Shown here: one piece after another, positions 27,955 through 37,172 of the stretch
Position numbering within the stretch: position 1 is the first letter of the stretch
How the letters are laid out: each line of letters starts with the position of its first letter
Origin: a virus
Lineage: Duplodnaviria > Caudoviricetes
Reading direction: 5' to 3' (one strand)
DNA: 64,000 nucleotides
IMG/VR virus record: IMGVR_UViG_3300037313_000659
Span: 5,085-69,084 of that record
Translations under genes and position numbers: made by a program
The notes under the pieces: model-generated
Told to the model about the DNA's origin: nothing
The model's database searches: none
Seen by the model: only the letters and a program-made list of their open reading frames with translations

Positions 27955-29169
27955 TCAGCCGAAGACTCGCTGCGCGCACTGGCGAACTGCTTCGGCCTGG
28001 GTGTTGTCCAGACGGTTGATGTAGGCGAGCTCCAAGCCCCGCACGAACTGACCGCCTTTGACGGCACCGAGGATGGTCGAGCGGACCAACTCGCGCGTCG
28101 AGATCGGAAGCGACAGTTCGCCCTTGCCATACATATCGCGGATGCGACCGGCGACATCGACCATCTTCTCGGCGATCTCCTGCGGCACCTGGATGTGGCT
28201 GCGCAGGATCTTCACTTCGACCTCGGCCGGCTTGTAGTGGACCTGGATGGTCACACCGAAGCGGGAGTAGGCTGCAGCGTTACCGATCTTGGTTCCGCTG
28301 TAGAGGCCCGTATCGTCGCCGGAACCGTTCGTGTTGCCCGTCGCGACGAACCGGAAGTTCGGATGCGGCTTCACCAGTCGCTGCGAGGGCGGCGCCTCTT
28401 TGATGTAGAGGGGCTTGCCTTCGAGGACTGCCTGATAGACCGCGATCACCGCGGGGTGGGCGAAGTCATATTCGTCGGCGAGATAGACCCAGCCTCGAAG
28501 CATCGCTTCGGCGAGAGGACCATAGTCGAACTGGGTGCCGCCGTCGCGAACGACCATCTGTCCGACGATATGCGCCTCTTCGGTTGTGTCCGTATGCTGG
28601 ACGCGAAGGAGCGGTCGACCGAGCCTGGCGCAGACTTGTTCGATCAGCGTCGTCTTGCCCGTTCCGTGAAAGCCCCATGCGTAGAGCGGCATGTTGAGCG
28701 CGATCGCCATTACGGCGTCCTTGAGCTCTTCGCCGTCGAACACATATCCCTCGTCGAGGGTGGGGATTGCCTCGCGGCAAATGTCGTCCAGCTTCTCCGG
28801 CAACATCACATCGATCATGATGGGGTCGCCCTGCTGCTGATTGCGCTTCTTTGCGGAGCGCATGTTGTCGTCGAGCGGCAGCCCAAAGACCTCGTGCATC
28901 GGCCGCTTTTCCATCGAACCAGGAGCGACCACCGGCAGAATCTTGCCCATCATCGCTTGCGCAGCCTTCGCCTGCTCGACCTTCTGTTGGGTCACAGCTT
29001 CCTGCGCCGCCTCGAACGCCTTCGACCAGAGCGGCGACTGCGGAAACTCCGACTGATAGCGCTCGACTGTGTAGTCAGGATGCGCCTTCTTCAGGTGGTC
29101 GCCGATATGGTGGACCATATCGCCGCAGATCGCACAGGCGATCTTTTCGTTCTTGTTAATCTTCGCCAT
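27955..29169 (-). CDS. MoxR/CobS-like AAA+ ATPase with N-terminal C2H2 finger
   Basis: CAICG...HLKKAH; GFHGTGKT; LADEYD; ATGNT; FG-type sensor; STRELV. Confidence 0.9.
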   Translation of the reverse strand: MAKINKNEKIACAICGDMVHHIGDHLKKAHPDYTVERYQSEFPQSPLWSKAFEAAQEAVTQQKVEQAKAAQAMMGKILPVVAPGSMEKRPMHEVFGLPLDDNMRSAKKRNQQQGDPIMIDVMLPEKLDDICREAIPTLDEGYVFDGEELKDAVMAIALNMPLYAWGFHGTGKTTLIEQVCARLGRPLLRVQHTDTTEEAHIVGQMVVRDGGTQFDYGPLAEAMLRGWVYLADEYDFAHPAVIAVYQAVLEGKPLYIKEAPPSQRLVKPHPNFRFVATGNTNGSGDDTGLYSGTKIGNAAAYSRFGVTIQVHYKPAEVEVKILRSHIQVPQEIAEKMVDVAGRIRDMYGKGELSLPISTRELVRSTILGAVKGGQFVRGLELAYINRLDNTQAEAVRQCAQRVFG

Positions 29170-29261
29170 GATCGTCAATCTCCTCGCTTGTTTCGTCGTC
29201 GTTGTGTGTGTCACCTACTATGCAGGTTCGGTCCTAGCAAGTGGCTTCACGGTGGAAAGTG

Positions 29262-30719
29262 TCAGCCCAGGATGAACTGCTTGAGGACGCCCATCAGCAG
29301 CTTCGGCATTTCATCGACATTGTGGATGACCAGGCTCCGCGGATAGTAACGCGTCGGCCCATCGTGATCGATGCCGATACCGACGAGATCGATGCCCGCC
29401 ATCTCGATCGACTTCACCATGTCCCGCGAGTGCGCGTAGTCGGACTTCTCCTTCGCGCCGGACTGATTGTAACCGAAGCACATCGGCTCGCCGTCCGTCA
29501 TGCACATGAGAATCTTCCGATCTTCGGGGCGCTGCAGGAGGCGCTTTGCAGCGAACTCCAGACCGCAGCCTTCGGGAGTCGAGCCCATCTGGACGTTATA
29601 TTCGTCGTCGAACACGGCAGCGAAGCGCTGCTGAACTGGGATGGTCCAGCGGTCCTCGAACGCCTTGAACCGCGGCACCATGAGCGGCTGCATGCGACCG
29701 ATCGGATGCTGCTTCGACGCCTCGAACGCTTCGTCCTGCCACTGACGGACTTCCTCTTGCGTTGCGCTGCCCTCGGCCCAACCGTCCGCGAAACCGATAG
29801 CCTCGAACGCGATGCCCAGCTTGTTGAGGACGGTCGCGAGCGCATAGGCTGTCTCGGTCGCCAAGCGCAGCGAACCGCCGCTCATGGAGCCGGAGCAGTC
29901 GATCAGGAGGGTGATCGCGGTATTGAGCGACGGTGACTCTTCCTTGCGGGAGAACACGCGATCGTCGCCCAGGCGGATGCGGTGCAATGACGGCGCGTGA
30001 AGCCGGCCGGAACGCTTGCCTGGGATGCGACGAACCTGGCTGCGCGCTGCGATCATGCGCCGCAAGTCCTTCATCAGCGGACCAACAGCCTTCGCAACAG
30101 CCTGGTCGATCGGCTCCAGCGTGGTGCCCTCCGGCACCTTGATGTCGACGAACCCGTCGCGGTCGCGGCTGAACACGTTGAACTGCCCATCGACTGACTC
30201 GTCGACGAACGCCGCGATCTTCGCCTCGAACATTTCGTCCATGTCCTGGATGCTGTCGGCGTCAACGTCGAGGCCAGGGAGATATTCCTCTTCGTCCTCG
30301 ACTTCATCGTCCTCCGGCGGCGAGATCGAGAAGTCCTCTTCGGTCTCTTCGTCGCCACCTTCACCGCGCTCTTCGTCCTCGTCGGTTTCGTCGCCCTCGC
30401 CGGACTGCTCTTCGTCCTGCTCGTCGCCGTCCTCGGAGGTTTCGGGCTCGGCTGGTTCGTCGAGCTCCTCGTCGTCCATGTCCGGCCAGTCGTCGTCCTG
30501 GGAGCGCTCAAGTTCGTCGTCCTCGATGTGGGCGCCGTCCTTGTCTTCCTCCCAGCCGTTGAGCATGTCGTCGATGATCTTCTGGCGCCGCAGATACGCG
30601 GCGACATCCTCGTCGCTCGCGATCAGAGCATCCATGTCCGACCTCGCGAACCCAGGCCAGTCTTTGCTGTCAGGTCCGTAAATGTCGATAATGTCCAGCG
30701 CGTCGTCTGCAGTAAGCAT
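29262..30719 (-). CDS. VWA (CobT_C-like) protein with anti-sigma-like N-terminus and acidic linker
   Basis: MIDAS DCSGS (29883-29900), GSTP, TDGEP; N-terminus IDIYGPDSKDWPGFAR...IDDML. Confidence 0.85.
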   Translation of the reverse strand: MLTADDALDIIDIYGPDSKDWPGFARSDMDALIASDEDVAAYLRRQKIIDDMLNGWEEDKDGAHIEDDELERSQDDDWPDMDDEELDEPAEPETSEDGDEQDEEQSGEGDETDEDEERGEGGDEETEEDFSISPPEDDEVEDEEEYLPGLDVDADSIQDMDEMFEAKIAAFVDESVDGQFNVFSRDRDGFVDIKVPEGTTLEPIDQAVAKAVGPLMKDLRRMIAARSQVRRIPGKRSGRLHAPSLHRIRLGDDRVFSRKEESPSLNTAITLLIDCSGSMSGGSLRLATETAYALATVLNKLGIAFEAIGFADGWAEGSATQEEVRQWQDEAFEASKQHPIGRMQPLMVPRFKAFEDRWTIPVQQRFAAVFDDEYNVQMGSTPEGCGLEFAAKRLLQRPEDRKILMCMTDGEPMCFGYNQSGAKEKSDYAHSRDMVKSIEMAGIDLVGIGIDHDGPTRYYPRSLVIHNVDEMPKLLMGVLKQFILG

Positions 30720-32020
30720 TAAGCGGCACTCCCCATGTATTTCGCGAGATTACGTCGAGCATCGCGGAGCGTTGCTTTGACTGCATTCTCGTCCAAGCCT
30801 GTCTTTTGAGCGATTTGCTCAATCGACTGTCGCTTTTTCTTATGCAGATAAATGACCTTACGTTGAGTGGGATCGAGCTTTTTCAGCGCGTCCGTGATCG
30901 TGGGATTGTCATTACCCTCGTCACCGCCGCTGGTCGGCTCGTCCTGGTCGCCTTCATCACCACCGCCGGTGTCGTCGCCGCCCTGTTCGTCGGAAGAGGA
31001 GTCACCGCCTTCTTCCTCGGATCCATCGTCGGTGCCCTCACCGTCGCCGTGACCTTCGCCGCCGCCCTTGTCGTCGGACTCTTCCTCACCGCCGTCACCA
31101 TCGTCGGCATCGTCGCCCTCGGATGAGTTGCCCTCGTCGTCGCCGGCATCACCGCTGTCGGGTTCGTCGCCTTCTTCCTCGGCGTCGGTGTCGTCCTTTT
31201 CCTGCTTGCCCTTGCCCTCGGACTGCTGGTTCTCTTCCTGCTCCTGATCGTCCTCCGGCTCCTGGTCGCCGCCGCTGCCCTGGATTTCAGGATCGTCGGG
31301 AGCTTCCTCGGCTGCCTTCTCGGCCGCCGCGCGCTGCTGCGGTGACATAGCCTTCAGAACCATGTCCACGATGGCGATCACATCGTCGTAGGTCTCCATG
31401 GACTGGAGATCCTTCGCGAGCGTCGGCATGCGGCTGGTGAGGGGCGTCATGTGCGGCCACAGGTTGTGAGTGTCCATGTAGTTCATGAACGCCTTCTGCC
31501 CCGCGAGCGCGCGGAAGCCGACGACGATGCAGACACCCATCATCTTCGCCGGCGATGCTCCGGCGGCGATAGCCTTCTGAATGTGAACGCCGAAGTAGTC
31601 GTCCATGACCGCTTCATACATGCGCTCAAGATTGTCCTTGGTGCCTGGGAGCTCGCGCGGCAGCAGCTTCTCAAGCCGAATGTCCTCGACGATGTTGAGG
31701 AACTGCCCCTTCAGCTTACGCGCGCCTCGACCGAGGCCGTTGAGCTCTTCTTCCGTCCGCAGGAACGGAGTGAAGAAGATGTGCCCGCACTCGTGATCGA
31801 GATAGCCTTGCATGGCCTCGATCAGGGCTTCCGGCGCGTTGTCGTTGATCTCCGGCAGGACCATGCGAACGACCTTGCCTTTGACCGCGACCACATGCGG
31901 CTTGAAACCGCGGAAGCAGACCTGGACTTGATCGCGCGTGAGCATGCGGACGGTCTTAGCAACCGAGTCACGAAACGAAGTCGCCTTCATCGGTTTCACT
32001 GCGCCCCTGCGTCCTCGCAT
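30719..32020 (-). CDS. CobT_N-like HExxH metallopeptidase with acidic linker and C-terminal sigma-70 region-4-like HTH
   Basis: HECGH (31781-31795), NIVEDIRLE; C-terminus ALKKLDPTQRKVIYL...SIEQIA...VKATLRDARRNL. Confidence 0.85.
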   Translation of the reverse strand: MRGRRGAVKPMKATSFRDSVAKTVRMLTRDQVQVCFRGFKPHVVAVKGKVVRMVLPEINDNAPEALIEAMQGYLDHECGHIFFTPFLRTEEELNGLGRGARKLKGQFLNIVEDIRLEKLLPRELPGTKDNLERMYEAVMDDYFGVHIQKAIAAGASPAKMMGVCIVVGFRALAGQKAFMNYMDTHNLWPHMTPLTSRMPTLAKDLQSMETYDDVIAIVDMVLKAMSPQQRAAAEKAAEEAPDDPEIQGSGGDQEPEDDQEQEENQQSEGKGKQEKDDTDAEEEGDEPDSGDAGDDEGNSSEGDDADDGDGGEEESDDKGGGEGHGDGEGTDDGSEEEGGDSSSDEQGGDDTGGGDEGDQDEPTSGGDEGNDNPTITDALKKLDPTQRKVIYLHKKKRQSIEQIAQKTGLDENAVKATLRDARRNLAKYMGSAA

Positions 32021-32117
32021 TATTCTCTCCTCGCTCGTTTGTGTGTGTCGTCAAACATGCGCTTTATATACGCGAGCGCGCGAACGCTAGTGGCTTTCTG
32101 TTAGGGAAGTGAGAAGC

Positions 32118-32486
32118 CTATCCGGCCGCGCAGATCGGTTCGAGGCGCTCGTGCGCTTCCTCGATCATGCGATCGATGTTCGCGCCCACGGCGATAATCG
32201 ATGTGCAGCGGTCGCCATTGCAGATGATCGAGCAGCGGGGCAGGTTGAGGATGGTCATGCCGTTGATATGCGAGACGTTCTCGGCCACGCCAGATTCCAG
32301 CAGTGCGCAGAAATCCGAGTAGTCAAAATCCTGAACGATCTGAATTGCGTCCTGCCTAAAGACCCCTGGCAGTTTCGTGACATTCGACACGGCCCAACCC
32401 CCTGTGATTTCGTCGTTATTGTTACCGCGTCCGTTAAATTGCTTTTCTGTAATGTGCGAGTGGGGGATAGCAGTTTGCGCCCGCAA
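32118..32486 (-). CDS. Hypothetical protein (possible start GTG ~32389)
   Basis: ORF in a visibly AT-richer patch. Confidence 0.5.
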   Translation of the reverse strand: MRAQTAIPHSHITEKQFNGRGNNNDEITGGWAVSNVTKLPGVFRQDAIQIVQDFDYSDFCALLESGVAENVSHINGMTILNLPRCSIICNGDRCTSIIAVGANIDRMIEEAHERLEPICAAG

Positions 32487-32493
32487 GTTGCGG

Positions 32494-32838
32494 TCAGTCG
32501 GGAACCACTACGGGTGCCTTTTCGTGCTCGCAGACTCGCTTCATGATCTGCCTCGCCGTGGCAGGCTTGATCGCGTAGAGCTTCCGTCCATCCTCGACCT
32601 TCTCGACGGCGCGATTGGCCTTAATCAGGGACATAAGGCGCCGGCGAACGGTGTCCTCGCTCATGGTCGATTTGTGGGCGATCTGCTGGATGGTCTGCCA
32701 CGCGCAGTCAGCGTAATATGCCTCGATCAGCGCCAGGCCGACGAGCCCGCGACCGCCGAGCATCCGCTGGATATAGATTCCGTTAGCGAGCATCCGCCGT
32801 ATGATTTCTACTGCATGCATTTCATTCCCTCTACGCAT
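32494..32838 (-). CDS. Winged-helix (MarR/ArsR-like) DNA-binding protein
   Basis: TIQQIAHKSTMSEDTVRRRLMSL...VEKVEDGRKLYAI. Confidence 0.55.
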   Translation of the reverse strand: MRRGNEMHAVEIIRRMLANGIYIQRMLGGRGLVGLALIEAYYADCAWQTIQQIAHKSTMSEDTVRRRLMSLIKANRAVEKVEDGRKLYAIKPATARQIMKRVCEHEKAPVVVPD

Positions 32839-32908
32839 TTACGACCGCCACTACTGCCTTCATCCCTTACTGTCGATGAACAGCCCCAAGGCAACGACCA
32901 AACGAAAA

Positions 32909-32940
32909 GGGGCCGCGCGTCAGATAAGACGCGCAGCCCC
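32909..32940 (-). terminator. Rho-independent terminator
   Basis: 13-bp stem with one mismatch, then TTTTCGTTT on the minus strand, after the stop at 32964. Confidence 0.7.
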
Positions 32941-32963
32941 AGCTTCAATGATGCCAACCTGGT

Positions 32964-33536
32964 TTAGAGAGCTTCGAGACACTCCATCAGCTTCTTGTTC
33001 TCGGCGGGCGTCAGACCATCCGGCCGCAGCTTCCTGATCTGCTCGATCATGCCGATCTCGTGGCTGGCGACCCAGCGCCGCGGTGCGTTCTGGTCCTGCA
33101 CGACCTCGCGCATGACCTTCACCTGTCCGATGTTCAGCTCGTCGAGCGGCTTGCCCGCCGTAGCCGCGAGCTCGTCGGCGAGCGCGCTGCTGGACGCCTT
33201 GCCCTTCGGCATCTTCCCCTTGGTCAGGAGACGGTCGAAGTCGATTTCGGGGTGCCGCTGCTTGAGCACCGCGAGGAGAAACTCGTTCGGGTCCATGCCC
33301 AGGTAGCGAGCGAAGTCGACGGCTCGATCGACCGGAATGGGAACGCGACCGAGAGCCATGTGGCTCAAGACGACCGAGCTTTTGTATCCGAGCTGACCGG
33401 CGATGAAGCGCTGGCTCTGGTCCTTTTCTCTCCAGGCACGTTCGAGGGCGTCTGCGAGCATCCGCTGCGCTTCCGTTCCCTTGAGCGGGAAGTCCCCGCT
33501 CTGTGCTTGTCCAGCAGATGCTGCTGCTACTGCCAT
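32964..33536 (-). CDS. XRE-like HTH transcription regulator (candidate repressor)
   Basis: SQRFIAGQLGYKSSVVLSHMALGRVPIPVDRAVDFARYLGMDP; monocistronic with its own terminator. Confidence 0.75.
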   Translation of the reverse strand: MAVAAASAGQAQSGDFPLKGTEAQRMLADALERAWREKDQSQRFIAGQLGYKSSVVLSHMALGRVPIPVDRAVDFARYLGMDPNEFLLAVLKQRHPEIDFDRLLTKGKMPKGKASSSALADELAATAGKPLDELNIGQVKVMREVVQDQNAPRRWVASHEIGMIEQIRKLRPDGLTPAENKKLMECLEAL

Positions 33537-33659
33537 GATCCTATCCTTCCGTCCCTGTGTGCTTCGGTTATTAGATGCGTTATAGAATGCACAACGCGCT
33601 TTTGAGTTTCACCGAGCTGTCTGTCAAGCGACAAACACACACTAGCCATTGACATAAGT

Positions 33660-33674
33660 GAACAGAATGAGAAC
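33660..33674. promoter_or_regulatory. Putative alphaproteobacterial LexA (SOS) box GAAC-N7-GAAC
   Basis: GAACAGAATGAGAAC, six bases from a TTGACA, in the AT-rich region upstream of the HTH regulator. Confidence 0.45.
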
Positions 33675-33753
33675 AGTTCGCGTGCTCTAACGGTCGTTTT
33701 CTCTCTGTGCAACCGCTAAAAGCTTATCGAAAGTTAAAGGTATGCATTTCCCA

Positions 33754-34890
33754 TCAATGTGTGTTGTATGGGTCACGCAAACGCAGCTTGGCTTCGAGTG
33801 ATCGCGTATATGGAATCGCACACTCAATCGATTTGCGCACGACTCGCGACTCGACATCGGCGGGGTCTTTGTCCTTCGGCATGAGGGCGATGCGAACCAG
33901 GAAGCCGTGCAGCTGCAGCTTGCCGGCGGCCTTCACCGCTGACTTGAGCGCTACCCACTCACCGTCCCACATGATCGTGATGATCTTCATGCCGGCTGCC
34001 TTGAGCTCCAACAGCGCCTGCAGCTGCGTCGGCATGTTCGGGTCGATGTCGAGCGTCAGGCTCTTGCCGAAGGATCCGATCGCGCCGATCCCTCGCATGT
34101 TGCGGTCCTCGTCGATCGCGCGCTGGATGCCGATAACGTCCATGGTGCCTTCACCCATGACACCGTGCGCCCAGCCTTCTGCCTTCGCTCGATGCGCGTT
34201 GTAGATGAAGCGCGCCGTCGAGGGCAGTCGGGCAGGGAAGAGATACTTTCGGTCGCTGGTGCCGGTCGTATCGCGGCCCTGGAAGGTCACGAGCTTGCCG
34301 TTCGCGTCGTAGATCGGGAAGATGATGCGGCCAGCGAACGAGATCGACTTCGCCTGGCCGTCTTCGTCCACATAGTTGTAGGAGCCGATGCCGTGCCGAA
34401 GGTCGAAGGCGCGGGCGAGATCCGGTGTGATGCCGCGGCCGGCGAGATATATGCCCACGCTGCCGTTTCTGTCCGGCAGGTGGTAGTTCCTGGGGAGCTC
34501 TAGGTCGCCCTCGAACGCCGGCACGATCACGCGCTGCGGCCTGGCCTTGGGCTTCCAGCCTCCTGCCTTCGCGATCTCCTCGAACAGGGCGCCGACTTCC
34601 TTGGACTCTGGATTGCCCAGGTGCGCCGCGGCGAATGTCCACAGATTATATTTGGTCTCGCAGGAGCCGTGGAAGCAGTTGCCGTAGCCGCTGTCCTCTC
34701 CCAGGTAGACCTTCCAGTCCGACCGGCCGCAAGTGGGGCACTCCCTGATCTGGAACTGCCGGCCGCGGCTGCCACTCGTGCGCCGGTAGTCGACGCCGAT
34801 GTGATCGAGCAACTCCTCGGCGGTGACCTGTTTGTAGGCAGAATCATCGCCATATATGGATTCGCTGCCGGTCCCGCGCGCGGGATACAT
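33754..34890 (-). CDS. DNA primase (Zn finger + TOPRIM)
   Basis: CPTCG...CFHGSC, RIIFP, FQGR, KYLFP, GEGTMD, WDGE; TGATG-coupled to the helicase. Confidence 0.85.
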   Translation of the reverse strand: MYPARGTGSESIYGDDSAYKQVTAEELLDHIGVDYRRTSGSRGRQFQIRECPTCGRSDWKVYLGEDSGYGNCFHGSCETKYNLWTFAAAHLGNPESKEVGALFEEIAKAGGWKPKARPQRVIVPAFEGDLELPRNYHLPDRNGSVGIYLAGRGITPDLARAFDLRHGIGSYNYVDEDGQAKSISFAGRIIFPIYDANGKLVTFQGRDTTGTSDRKYLFPARLPSTARFIYNAHRAKAEGWAHGVMGEGTMDVIGIQRAIDEDRNMRGIGAIGSFGKSLTLDIDPNMPTQLQALLELKAAGMKIITIMWDGEWVALKSAVKAAGKLQLHGFLVRIALMPKDKDPADVESRVVRKSIECAIPYTRSLEAKLRLRDPYNTH

Positions 34891-36218
34891 CAGTCGTATC
34901 CCAGGAAATCGATGATGAACCGCATGCACCGCATGTCCTGGCTGAAGCGCATCTTCAGGCCGGTCTCGGCGTTGCGCATCTCCGAGAAGTAGAGAACGAA
35001 CTGGCCGTTGTCCCGATCGTCCTCGGTGCGGTTGATCGTCATGAGCGCGTCGGCGGTGCGGACGACTTCGTAATCGTCGGCTGCGTCGGTGCCGTCGCTG
35101 ACGGTGCGTGCCGCCTTCTTGGTGCCGTCACGGTTGGTCTGATAGCCGGTGATTACGGCGGCGTTGAAGATGGTCGCGAGACCGCGGAGGTTCTTGCCGA
35201 TCTCGGCCAGGCCGTTGCGGGTCTGCTCGTAGTAACGCTCCGGCGCCATGATGCCCAGGTAGTCGGTGATGATGAGATCGAAGTCCGTTCCCTGCGCCTG
35301 GTATTTCTTGAGGATCCGATGAAGGTCGCTGACCTTACAGGTGTTCATCGGGAACGCCTGGACGATGAACTCGCCAAGACCAGGGTGACTGTGCCACGCG
35401 GCCATTGCCGTATCGACATCGAGCTCCCGCGCGCCCAGCTGCTTCAGGGGAACGCCGCTGATGTTCGCGTCAGCACGCTCGCCGATGATGTCCTCGCTGA
35501 CTTCGTGGCTCGCGTAGAAGACCTTGTAGCCGGCGTAGGCAGCTGCGAGACCGAATGAGATCAGCGCTGCCGTCTTACCGCTCTTCGGCGGCCCCATGAG
35601 GATCGAGAGCTCTTTGCGCCCCCATCCCATGTGGGGCGTCAGCTGCTTGTCGAGCTCGGCGTTGCCGGTGGTGATGCCCAGTGCGGAAACCGAGCCATTC
35701 ATCCTGGCCTTACGCAGCGCCTTCCGGTCCTGGTAGCTGCGACGGTAATCGACCGCAGTCGCGGTGTCGGCAGCACCGACATTCTTCGCCTCCTCGATCT
35801 TGAGGAGCGCCTTCTCCACGAAGTCGGGCTTGCCGTTGTCGAGCGCGTCCACGAGATCCATGGTTGCATTCGTCAGTGCCTGGGTGCGGGCGAACTCGAT
35901 GATCTTGTCGAGAACGAACTGCCGGTCCTTGATGTCGTGGGTGTAGATGATGCCGAGCAGCCGCTTGGCTTCGTTCATGTCGGAGATCTTGGCGCGCTTC
36001 GCGGCGATCTCCTGCTGCAGCCACTGAACGAACGTCTTGGGCGAGCAGGTGACGCCATACTGCGTTAGATAGCTCTGCTGCACAGCGACGAGCGCCTGCA
36101 GATTGGGGTCCGTGAAATAGTCGGGGAGCACCAGCGTCCCCGCGGCTGAAACGAAGTGGTCGTCCCTGAAATAATGCGCTGCCAGTTGCTCCTGGAACGC
36201 TTGGTCAAATCCAGACAT
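34890..36218 (-). CDS. DnaB-like replicative helicase
   Basis: GPPKSGKT, SHE, TDYLG, YQTNR and MRN motifs. Confidence 0.9.
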   Translation of the reverse strand: MSGFDQAFQEQLAAHYFRDDHFVSAAGTLVLPDYFTDPNLQALVAVQQSYLTQYGVTCSPKTFVQWLQQEIAAKRAKISDMNEAKRLLGIIYTHDIKDRQFVLDKIIEFARTQALTNATMDLVDALDNGKPDFVEKALLKIEEAKNVGAADTATAVDYRRSYQDRKALRKARMNGSVSALGITTGNAELDKQLTPHMGWGRKELSILMGPPKSGKTAALISFGLAAAYAGYKVFYASHEVSEDIIGERADANISGVPLKQLGARELDVDTAMAAWHSHPGLGEFIVQAFPMNTCKVSDLHRILKKYQAQGTDFDLIITDYLGIMAPERYYEQTRNGLAEIGKNLRGLATIFNAAVITGYQTNRDGTKKAARTVSDGTDAADDYEVVRTADALMTINRTEDDRDNGQFVLYFSEMRNAETGLKMRFSQDMRCMRFIIDFLGYD

Positions 36219-36269
36219 TAAACCTCTGCATGTGTGTTGCTTCGCACATACTCACCGCGCGACTAGGTG

Positions 36270-37172
36270 TCAATGCGCGAGATCGTAGGCTCGATCGATT
36301 ACTTGCTGGGTGAAGTGCTGTTGCACGAGATCGAGTGGCAGTTGCGGGCGGAAGTAGAGCGCCGAGGCGAGCGCCGGCACCTTGTTGTCGATCTGCTTGA
36401 TCTGATCGAGCAGGTAGGCGCGGTAGCCTTCCTGCATCGGCCGGCCATCATAGCTCTCGACGCCGTATACTGGGTGCTGCGCGGCGAAGAACTTGGTCTT
36501 ACGCAGGGCGTCCCACTCATCCATGACGAACACGGCCAGCTTGTCGCTGTAAAGCTGGCTGGGGCGCGGTAGACGGCTCCAAAGCCGTTCGGTGGCAACC
36601 TTGCACGCCAGCCTGCAAAACTCGCTGTAGGGCATCCCTATGGCGTCTGCGACGAGCATTGCCTTCCACAGGCCGGTGATATGCGCCTGGTCGCGGTCCC
36701 ACAGGTTCTCGGCCGACATTTCGACGAGCGCTGGCCCTTCGAGTCCGAACATCATCCTGCCGTGACGCGAGTAACCTTTCGCGCGCTCGGCGATCATCTT
36801 CTTCGCTGCGATCTTGCTGGCGCGATAGTAGTGGTGCGCGAACAGGTAGAACGTGTGACCTGGCGCCATTCGCCGATAGTCCCACCAGCGCCGCTCGTAG
36901 ATGTCGGCGACATCGCCGATGTGGATCTTCGGAACGTGAGCCGCGATCAGTCCCTCGATCGCCGCCGCGGGCTGGGAGCATCCGTAGAATGCGCCGCAGA
37001 CCGCAGCAGCTGTCGTGGCGTCGTCAACCGGCTGATTGAGACAGGAAGGAGGGGGAGTGGAAACCGAGGTTGTGACCAAGCTGTGTGCCCTTCTTGGCGT
37101 ATTGGAGGAGGATCTCGCGGCACATGCCGGAGCGAACGATGTCGTCGAGCGTGAACTCGACAAAGCCGACAT
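36270..37172 (-). CDS. Conserved phage replication-region protein (start uncertain, perhaps TTG ~37082)
   Basis: WWDYRRM...YLFAHHY...RLPRPSQLY; directly upstream of the helicase. Confidence 0.7.
   Translation of the reverse strand: MSALSSSRSTTSFAPACAARSSSNTPRRAHSLVTTSVSTPPPSCLNQPVDDATTAAAVCGAFYGCSQPAAAIEGLIAAHVPKIHIGDVADIYERRWWDYRRMAPGHTFYLFAHHYYRASKIAAKKMIAERAKGYSRHGRMMFGLEGPALVEMSAENLWDRDQAHITGLWKAMLVADAIGMPYSEFCRLACKVATERLWSRLPRPSQLYSDKLAVFVMDEWDALRKTKFFAAQHPVYGVESYDGRPMQEGYRAYLLDQIKQIDNKVPALASALYFRPQLPLDLVQQHFTQQVIDRAYDLAH

Noticed and set aside
30230-31330. Asp/Glu/Gly low-complexity tracts as independent repeats
   Set aside because: Protein-level acidic linkers, expected in CobT-like proteins; no exact DNA repeat unit.
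27955-32020. Annotation as cobalamin biosynthesis genes (cobS/cobT)
   Set aside because: No cobN or other cobalamin genes are present; the motifs only support generic MoxR-VWA-peptidase functions.
7641-36218. Inteins, introns or homing endonucleases in nrdA/B, recA, dnaE or helicase
   Set aside because: ORFs are uninterrupted and of ordinary length, with no intein splice or LAGLIDADG/HNH motifs visible.
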